Shown: positions 8,284-14,166 of the stretch, in pieces
Layout of the letters: each line of letters opens with the position of its first letter
Numbering within the stretch: the first letter of the stretch is position 1
Translations under genes and position numbers: made by a program
Notes under the pieces: model-generated
What the model saw: the letters and a program-made list of their open reading frames with translations, nothing else
The model's database searches: none
Told to the model about the DNA's origin: nothing
Assembly: GCA_041752695.1 (NCBI GenBank)
Contig: JBGSVZ010000058.1
Span: 1-14,166 of the forward strand
Length of the DNA: 14,166 bases
Direction: 5' to 3'
Source of the DNA: Terrimicrobiaceae bacterium
GTDB taxonomy: Bacteria > Verrucomicrobiota > Verrucomicrobiia > Chthoniobacterales > Terrimicrobiaceae

Positions 8284-8958
8284 ATGAGAGTCCTTCTCGC
8301 CGAAGACGAAAAAAAAGTTGCCAACCACATCCGCAATGCCCTGCGGCAGGAAGGCCACGCCGTGGATGCAGTGCACGACGGAAATGATGCGCTGAGCCTT
8401 GCGGCTACGACGCCCTACGATGCCATTGTTCTCGACGTGATGATGCCAGGGCGTGACGGCCTGAGTGTGCTTCGGATATTGCGGGAACGACACATCACTT
8501 CGCCGGTCATGCTACTGACCGCGAGAGGCGAGGTGTCGGAACGGGTTGAGGGGCTGCGGCTCGGAGCCGACGACTATCTTTCGAAGCCCTTCGCCATCGA
8601 AGAACTGGTGGCCCGGATCGAATCGCTCGGGCGGCGCGGAGGGGGCCAGGGACTGACCCTGCTGAGGGTTCATGACCTCACCGTGAATCTGATGACGCGC
8701 ACCGCTGAGCGCGCGGGAAACCCCATCCAACTTCACGGACGGGAGTTTGCCCTGCTGGAATATCTCATGCAATGGCCGGGGAGAGTAATGACTCGCGCAC
8801 AGATCACCGAGCGGGTCTGGGACTATCATTTCGACACCGGCACCAATGTCGTGGACGTCTATATCCAGCGTCTCCGGCGAAAGATCGACGACGGATTTGA
8901 GGTGAAACTGATTCAGACCGTTCGCGGTGTCGGCTACGCGCTGCGCCCACCGGAATGA
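8284..8958 (+). CDS. OmpR/PhoB-family response regulator, CusR/CopR/CzcR-like
   Basis: The receiver domain begins MRVLLAEDE at ATG 8284; the upstream in-frame ATG at 8179 lies inside the operator. Motifs are IVLDVMMP (phosphoacceptor Asp), LTAR and GADDYLSKPF. The winged helix VWDYHFDTGTNVVDVYIQRLRRKIDDGFEVKLIQTVRGVGY closely resembles CusR-type regulators. Confidence 0.95.
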   Translation: MRVLLAEDEKKVANHIRNALRQEGHAVDAVHDGNDALSLAATTPYDAIVLDVMMPGRDGLSVLRILRERHITSPVMLLTARGEVSERVEGLRLGADDYLSKPFAIEELVARIESLGRRGGGQGLTLLRVHDLTVNLMTRTAERAGNPIQLHGREFALLEYLMQWPGRVMTRAQITERVWDYHFDTGTNVVDVYIQRLRRKIDDGFEVKLIQTVRGVGYALRPPE

Positions 8959-10334
8959 GGGCGCTCACCCTGGAAAAGCGGGTGATGGCCTGGACGGCGG
9001 CACTCGTCACGATAGCACTACTGGTGTGTGGCGGGGGCGGTGGAGTCTTCCTCTACATTCGGGCCGTGGAGGACCTCGACGATCAGGCCCGCAGTCTAGC
9101 CAATCAATTTTTCCAACAGGTGCGGGAACACGGGGGGGAGCTTTTCAACTGGAACGACCGCCACGAGGTGCAGGAGTGGTTGCCAGGCCCCATGCAGGAC
9201 CAAATGGTCGAACTGTATCACGACGGGGGGCTCTACATAAGGTCTGCCAAATTGGAGGACACTCCTCTTCCGGCCGGCCCCACACCCCGCTTTGTGAAAA
9301 TGCCACAGGGTCTGATGAGAGTGGCATCTTTCAGCGATGCGGGCACCCAGATGCACGTGGCGATTCCGGCCGACCGGATCATCTGGCTCCTGCGCGGTTT
9401 TGCGACCATCTTTGCCGTCGGTTTTCCCACCATGCTGGTCGTGGTGGTTGTCGGAGGCAGGTGGATCGCGAGTCAGGCCCTTCGACCTGTGCAACGCATA
9501 GCGGACGAAGCGGAGGGCATCACGTCGCAACACCTCTCGCGCCGTGTGCCTGTGCCTCCCGCGGATGATGAGATTCGCCGTCTCGCGCTTGTTCTCAACG
9601 CGACCCTGGACCGTCTGGAAGCAAGCTTCCAGCAGGCTGTGCGTTTCAGTGCAGATGCCTCCCACGAACTGAAGACTCCGTTAACCGTGCTTCACGGAGA
9701 TATCGAGGCCCTGCTTAAGTCTTCCACTCTCTCCGACTCGGATCGGGCCGGTGTTGCGGAAATTTTGGAAACCGCCAAACGCCTGAACGCCATCACGAAG
9801 AGTCTCTTGCTGCTTGCGTTAACCGACTCTGGACAACTAAAGCTGGACCTTCAACCGGTAGATCTAGCCCGCGTCCTCGACGATTGCGTTTATGACGCGC
9901 ACATCATGGCCGATGCCCGTGGGCTGACCCTGAAGGCAGAAATTCCCGATAAGGCCCACGTCCTCGGCGAAGAGGTTCGCCTGACCCAGATCGTCAGTAA
10001 CCTTCTTGATAACGCCGTGAAATACAACCGGCCGGGCGGAGAAGTCCAGGTGTTGCTTCGGCCCGACGCTGGGGTGTGGATCCTCGAAGTCTCAAACACC
10101 GGTGAGGGCATCCTGCCGGAACATGCTTCGAGGATTTTCGAACGGTTCCATCGCGGCTCCCACGATGCCAACTTCAGTGGGCACGGATTGGGCTTAAGTC
10201 TTTGCTCCGAACTCGCCCGTGCGCACGGTGCGACCGTCGCATTGGTGCGCTCCGACACGGAAGGAACGGTTTTTCGTTTCACCATAACCCGCGATCCCTG
10301 CGGCCGTTCCGAGAATCGTTCTTCCGCAAATTGA
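8955..10334 (+). CDS. Membrane sensor histidine kinase (HAMP-HisKA-HATPase), CusS/CzcS-like
   Basis: ATGA overlap with the regulator. Two TM segments flank a ~105 aa periplasmic part. Motifs are HAMP (LRPVQRI...DEIRRLA...N), H-box FSADASHELKTPL, N-box NLLDNAVKY, G1 VSNTGEGI (N replaces the usual D, as in CusS-type kinases), F-box IFERF and G2 GHGLGL. Confidence 0.95.
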   Translation: MRALTLEKRVMAWTAALVTIALLVCGGGGGVFLYIRAVEDLDDQARSLANQFFQQVREHGGELFNWNDRHEVQEWLPGPMQDQMVELYHDGGLYIRSAKLEDTPLPAGPTPRFVKMPQGLMRVASFSDAGTQMHVAIPADRIIWLLRGFATIFAVGFPTMLVVVVVGGRWIASQALRPVQRIADEAEGITSQHLSRRVPVPPADDEIRRLALVLNATLDRLEASFQQAVRFSADASHELKTPLTVLHGDIEALLKSSTLSDSDRAGVAEILETAKRLNAITKSLLLLALTDSGQLKLDLQPVDLARVLDDCVYDAHIMADARGLTLKAEIPDKAHVLGEEVRLTQIVSNLLDNAVKYNRPGGEVQVLLRPDAGVWILEVSNTGEGILPEHASRIFERFHRGSHDANFSGHGLGLSLCSELARAHGATVALVRSDTEGTVFRFTITRDPCGRSENRSSAN

Positions 10335-10378
10335 CTTCCCCCAGGGTCAGCCTCGACCCCTCGTGGTCGCAGGACCGG

Positions 10379-11380
10379 TCAGAAAAGGTTCGTTACGTTA
10401 CTGGCAGGGGCACCGGATTTCATCTGATCATAAATCCAGGCGTAGGTTTGCTCCAAGCCGGTGCGGAGCGGAATGCCGGGTTCCCAATTGAGGAGATTCC
10501 GAATGAGGGTGTTGTCGCTGCTCCGGCCGCGCACTCCTTTGGGAGCGTCAAGGTTGTAGGTACGCTTCAGCTTCAGGCCCGCGATCTCTTCGACGAGATC
10601 CACCAGCTGGTTGATCGATACCATCTCGGAGCTTCCCAAGTTGATGGGATCCGTGATGGCGCTGTTTAAAAGAGCCTGGGTTCCCTGCACGCAATCGGCG
10701 ATGTACATGAAGCTGCGGGTTTGCTGTCCATCCCCCCAGATCTCGATCTCGTGAGTTCCGCCGAGTTTTGCCGCGATCACCTTCCGGCAAATCGCCGCAG
10801 GGGCCTTCTCGCGGCCACCGTCGAAGGTGCCGTGGGGGCCGTAAACGTTGTGGTAGCGGGCCACGCGGGTTTCGACGCCGAAATCTTCCCGGAAATGCCG
10901 GCACATGCGTTCGCTGAAAAGCTTCTCCCAACCGTATCCGTCCTCAGGTTCCGCAGGATAGGCGTCGCCTTCCGCCAGCCCGGGGTTTTCCGGATCGTTT
11001 TGTTTGCTCCCGGCGTAAACGCAGGCCGACGAAGCAAAGAAATACCGCGAAACCCCGCTCTGGCGCGCCGCGATGAGCAGATGGGTGTTGATCAGGACGC
11101 TGAGCATGCAGAGGCCCTTGTTGTTCTCAATGAAACCCATGCCCCCCATGTCGGCGGCGAGGTTGTAGACGATCTCGCTGCCATCCACCGCGCGGGAGCA
11201 GGCCTCCCGCTCTTCCAGGTCGAGGGTGAGATTTTCCGCTTCCGGGAAAAGTTGGTACCACTGCCACTGGGGTTTTTTGTCCACGGCTCGCACCTCGTGG
11301 CCAAGTTCCAGAAGAGTTTTCACGAGGTGGCCGCCGATGAATCCACCGGCTCCAGCGACAAGAATTTTGCAAGACGACAT
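10379..11380 (-). CDS. NAD-dependent epimerase, GDP-mannose 3,5-epimerase (GME)-like
   Basis: The true start is ATG 11380 (MSSCKILVAGAGGFIG, Rossmann GxxGxxG). GME-type motifs are LAADMGGMGFI, SSACVY, YGWEK (YxxxK), GGREKAPAAICRK, IWGDGQQTRSF and GVRGRSSDNTLI. The longer ORF to 11794 overlaps the GT2 gene and is not credible. Confidence 0.9.
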   Translation of the reverse strand: MSSCKILVAGAGGFIGGHLVKTLLELGHEVRAVDKKPQWQWYQLFPEAENLTLDLEEREACSRAVDGSEIVYNLAADMGGMGFIENNKGLCMLSVLINTHLLIAARQSGVSRYFFASSACVYAGSKQNDPENPGLAEGDAYPAEPEDGYGWEKLFSERMCRHFREDFGVETRVARYHNVYGPHGTFDGGREKAPAAICRKVIAAKLGGTHEIEIWGDGQQTRSFMYIADCVQGTQALLNSAITDPINLGSSEMVSINQLVDLVEEIAGLKLKRTYNLDAPKGVRGRSSDNTLIRNLLNWEPGIPLRTGLEQTYAWIYDQMKSGAPASNVTNLF

Positions 11381-11485
11381 AAAAAGGTGCGAAGGAGAGT
11401 TTAAGAACGTATCCCACGAGGCAACGGAGGCAACCGAAGAAAATTTCTGTTGAGTTTTCCGGAATTTCACCGGAAGTGACTCGGC

Positions 11486-12259
11486 ATGTCCCAAGTCCGG
11501 TTGTCCATCATCACCACCACGTTCAACGCCGAGCCATTTATCGGAGCCTGCATCGACAATGTGGTGGAACAGAACTGTGAGGGCGTTGAACACATCATCT
11601 TCGATAGCGCCTCGACAGATCGGACCGCGGCAATCATCGAGCGACGGGCCGCAGTGTATCCCCATATCCGCTGGGTTTCGGAGCCCGATCGCGGCCAGAC
11701 CCATGCCATGAACAAAGGAATCGCCGCTGCCAAGGCTCCGATCGTCGCGTTTTTGAACGCCGACGACTACTACAAACCGGGGGTGTTGAACCATGTGCTC
11801 GAGATTTTTCGCACCCTCAAGGAACCGTCGTTCGTGGTCGGAAACTGCGATATCATGGTGCGCAGCGGGAAGATCATCCGGCAGAGTCGTCCGGTTGGAT
11901 TAACGTTCGAAGGCATGATGGCGGGGGAGGTCCTGCCACCGCTCAACCCGGTGTCCTATTTCTATCACAAGTCGCTCCACGATCTCGCGGGATTGTATGA
12001 TGAAGATGAGCATGCCTTTATGGACATGGACATGCTCGTGCGTCTCCTCGAGGTCGCGTCGATTCATTATTTTGACGAATCCTGGGGGGTGTTTCGGATG
12101 CATCCCGGCTCGAAAACCGGTAAACGCAACAAGAGCCGCGATCAGCTGGACGCCATTGATGAGGTCTTGCGGAACCGCATCGAGCGCCTGCCTCAGGACG
12201 TCCAAAAAGCCATTTGGAAACGACGCGAACTGGCGAAAATCCGGCAGTTTGCGAACTAG
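11486..12259 (+). CDS. Glycosyltransferase family 2 (WcaE/WfgS-like)
   Basis: Motifs LSIITTTFNA, EHIIFDSASTD, SEPDRGQTHAMNKG, FLNADD, and C-terminal FRMHPGSKT. Confidence 0.92.
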   Translation: MSQVRLSIITTTFNAEPFIGACIDNVVEQNCEGVEHIIFDSASTDRTAAIIERRAAVYPHIRWVSEPDRGQTHAMNKGIAAAKAPIVAFLNADDYYKPGVLNHVLEIFRTLKEPSFVVGNCDIMVRSGKIIRQSRPVGLTFEGMMAGEVLPPLNPVSYFYHKSLHDLAGLYDEDEHAFMDMDMLVRLLEVASIHYFDESWGVFRMHPGSKTGKRNKSRDQLDAIDEVLRNRIERLPQDVQKAIWKRRELAKIRQFAN

Positions 12260-12387
12260 GGAAGCCACCCCGGTGCCGGATTGAATCCAGTAACGGCATC
12301 GTAGGCCCCGGGCGGATATCGGGTGTTTTTTTGGACGGACCGTCATCAAATCTTGTGATGCCGGAGGCCTTCTCCTAACACTACCAG

Positions 12388-12819
12388 ATGCGCTTTTGGA
12401 AATGTTCATCGGGTGCTGTCCTCTGCGCGACGGCGATGTTCCTGTCAGGTTGCGCCTGGTTGCCCGCCTACATGAAGGCGAAATCGGCGATCAATGCGCG
12501 CTATGCCGAGAAGGAGGAGAAAATTGAACGGCAATACGCTCTCGGCCAGATGAGTGATGCGACCTACGAGCGGCGCTACGAGGAGCTCTACCGCCAGTGG
12601 GACGAGGAATTGACCGTCGCCAAAGCCCGCGCACAGGGCCTGAAGGTGGCATCCTCCCGCGGCTCAACGAGCAAACGCCGCTCATCGGGCAGCCGCCCCG
12701 CCCCTACCTCCACCCAGGAGTCCTCGCGTTTTGACACCTATACGGCCGAGTATGTGGGGGAAAACTCGGGGTCACCCAGCTCAGCAGGATCAAGCTCCCC
12801 CGCGACGCCCCCGCAGTAA
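12388..12819 (+). CDS. Hypothetical lipoprotein with helical core and Ser/Pro/Thr-rich tail
   Basis: The basic/hydrophobic N-terminus ends in lipobox LSG|C. A charged helical segment and a low-complexity C-terminus follow. The ORF fills the gap between GT2 and DUF4174, with GC-rich third codon positions. Confidence 0.7.
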   Translation: MRFWKCSSGAVLCATAMFLSGCAWLPAYMKAKSAINARYAEKEEKIERQYALGQMSDATYERRYEELYRQWDEELTVAKARAQGLKVASSRGSTSKRRSSGSRPAPTSTQESSRFDTYTAEYVGENSGSPSSAGSSSPATPPQ

Positions 12820-12957
12820 CGGGCGGCCCGCAGGAAGTGCGATGCAGAGGGACGCGGGAGGGACCGCCAGCTTCCTTTGAATCCACACCGCCCACCCTGG
12901 CCGCCGGCCATTACTTTCCCAAGTTGAGGTCTCGACCTTGTCGAATTACTATTCGAA

Positions 12958-13290
12958 ATGACGCGAGTTTCCGTTCTCCTGCTGGTTCTCTATTTCGCCA
13001 TGGACTCTCTGGCCATATCGCCCCATCGCCTTCTGGTGATTTCGGCCCCGTCGCAGAATGACATCTCCTATCAGCGGCAGGCCGCCGAGTTGGTTACGGC
13101 CTGGTCCGGATTGGTAGAACGCGATTTTATGGTGCGGACAAAGTTTCAGGCCGGCGCCTTTTCCATCGTTCTCATCGGCAAGGATGGCGAAGAAAAACTT
13201 CGTCGGGAATCGCCCCTCACCACATCGGAGTTGTTTTCGCTGGTTGACGCCATGCCCATGCGCCGCGCCGAAATGGGAAGAAAACCCTGA
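12958..13290 (+). CDS. DUF4174 domain-containing protein with predicted signal peptide
   Basis: Characteristic RLLVISAPS, FSIVLIGKDGEEKLR and LFSLVDAMPMRRAEM motifs, with a hydrophobic N-terminus. Confidence 0.88.
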   Translation: MTRVSVLLLVLYFAMDSLAISPHRLLVISAPSQNDISYQRQAAELVTAWSGLVERDFMVRTKFQAGAFSIVLIGKDGEEKLRRESPLTTSELFSLVDAMPMRRAEMGRKP

Positions 13291-13296
13291 AACACC

Positions 13297-13325
13297 AAAA
13301 AGACGCGGCCGCAGGCCGCGTCTTT
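13297..13325. terminator. Intrinsic terminator between convergent genes, probably bidirectional
   Basis: A perfect 12 bp stem AAAGACGCGGCC-GCA-GGCCGCGTCTTT spans 13299..13325. The A-run 13297..13301 gives a U tract on the - strand, and there is a short TCTTT on the + strand. Confidence 0.85.
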
Positions 13326-13347
13326 CCAGATCGTGAAGCATTGGGAA

Positions 13348-13824
13348 TCAGGGCATGATCACGGCGTCAATCACGTGAATCACGCCATTCGATGTCTCGA
13401 TATCTGTTTTGACCACATTGGCCTTGTCGATCATCACCTTGCCATCCGCCACCGTAATCTTAGCCTCTTCACCGTTGACGGTTTTAACGTTCATGGCTTT
13501 GACATCAGCCGCCATGACCTTACCCGGCACGACATGGTAGGTGAGGATCGCGACGAGCTTTTCTTTGTTTTCAGGCTTCAACAAAGTTTCGACTGTTCCG
13601 GCGGGGAGTTTGGCGAAAGCCTCATCCGTCGGGGCGAAAACCGTGAAGGGACCAGGCCCCTTTAGTGTTTCAACCAAACCGGCGGCCTGCACTGCCGCGA
13701 CCAATGTTTTGAAGGAGCCGGCCGCCACCGCGGTATCCACGATATCTTTGGTTTCCGCCTTGGCGGCGTGGAGCGTAGGGATCAGGAGCAACGTAACAGC
13801 GAGAACGCGAAGGGTATTTTTCAT
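13348..13824 (-). CDS. Secreted single-domain fasciclin (FAS1) protein, MPT70/Nex18-like
   Basis: The signal peptide is [23 protein letters not shown]1 motifs are DIVDTA...[30 protein letters not shown] and [14 protein letters not shown]. An alternative in-frame ATG lies at 13866. Confidence 0.95.
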   Translation of the reverse strand: MKNTLRVLAVTLLLIPTLHAAKAETKDIVDTAVAAGSFKTLVAAVQAAGLVETLKGPGPFTVFAPTDEAFAKLPAGTVETLLKPENKEKLVAILTYHVVPGKVMAADVKAMNVKTVNGEEAKITVADGKVMIDKANVVKTDIETSNGVIHVIDAVIMP

Positions 13825-13872
13825 AAGAGTATTAGTATTTTGTGTCTTTGGATTATTCCCAGACATCTTACC

Positions 13873-13899
13873 TTACGCCAGCCACCATCCCTTGGATTC
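13873..13899 (-). promoter_or_regulatory. Candidate ECF sigma promoter for the fasciclin gene
   Basis: The minus strand reads GAATCC (13899..13894), 16 nt, CGTAA (13877..13873). This resembles the ATCC...CGTA/CGAA promoters of Rhodobacter RpoE and mycobacterial SigK, both known to control fasciclin genes. Confidence 0.55.
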
Positions 13900-14029
13900 T
13901 GGAAACTTAAACTTTCTTACGGCGATTGAGGACACAACCGGACGAAGACTCGTTCTCTTGCCCGAAAGTATTCCGTCGACTCATCTTCGGAATCCGCTTG
14001 CGGTGCCCCAAATCAAGGAGCGACCCTAA

Positions 14030-14166
14030 GGAAGCGCTGATTAATTCACCGAAGCCGGTCGGCATGACCGGAGTGAGGAATTTTCGAAAAAATGGCTACA
14101 AGGATCCGGTGCGTGGTGACCGAATCTTCGATAATTGCAGCGATGTGGTATAGCGCCGGGGTTCTC
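14030..14166. mobile_element. Probable terminus of an IS5-family element (or derived MITE) running off the right edge
   Basis: CTAA (14026..14029, fits the YTAR target of IS5-subgroup elements) is immediately followed by GGAAGCGCTGATTAATTC, which resembles IS5-type terminal repeats (GGAAG...). There is an internal hairpin CCGGTC-GGCAT-GACCGG (14055..14071). No transposase sequence is visible. Confidence 0.45.

Noticed and set aside
8985..9045. Possible lipobox in the kinase (LLVC)
   Set aside because: The residue before Cys is Val rather than G/A/S. The segment is better explained as TM1.
10335..10378. Terminator between the convergent kinase and epimerase genes
   Set aside because: There is only a weak GGGTC/GACCC stem with no U tract.
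10202..11404. Plus-strand ORFs 10202..10669 and 10721..11404
   Set aside because: They lie largely antisense to the epimerase and have no independent support.
11381..11794. 138 aa N-terminal extension of the epimerase ORF
   Set aside because: Most of it is antisense to the GT2 gene, and the Rossmann motif starts right after ATG 11380.
12266..12305. Possible TPP riboswitch (ACCC...CGTAGG)
   Set aside because: It lacks the conserved CTGAGA and CCTGAT elements, and no thiamine-related gene follows.
13541..14153. ORFs 13541..14029 and 13926..14153
   Set aside because: The first is mostly antisense to the fasciclin gene. The second crosses the putative IS boundary and has no recognisable similarity.
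1..14166. Composite transposon spanning the whole window
   Set aside because: The two candidate termini are unrelated in sequence and appear to be independent insertions.

Overview
GC-rich bacterial DNA, probably Verrucomicrobiota; this is inferred from the '...LQESPDL...FFRL' C-terminal domains and from starts that lack a Shine-Dalgarno site. The left half is a minus-strand operon of three large secreted proteins coupled by ATGA overlaps. Two are paralogues built from an unassigned ~160-185 aa beta-rich module, InlB-B/Flg_new-like repeats and a shared ~70 aa C-terminal domain. The third is an M36 (fungalysin-type) zinc metalloprotease whose 3' end appears cut by an IS at ~139. The operon is divergent from a CusR/CusS-like (OmpR-family) two-component system. 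The 153 bp spacer holds a perfect ATGACA-N4-TGTCAT box nested in a larger dyad with the same centre. The right half has a GDP-mannose 3,5-epimerase-like gene divergent from a GT2 glycosyltransferase, a small lipoprotein, and a DUF4174 gene converging on a fasciclin gene at a shared terminator. An ECF-sigma-like promoter precedes the fasciclin gene, and a probable IS5-type terminus lies at the right edge. The best candidate for an undescribed system is a heavy-metal-type regulator apparently controlling secreted repeat proteins and a protease rather than metal efflux genes. All family calls come from motif recognition; no searches were run.
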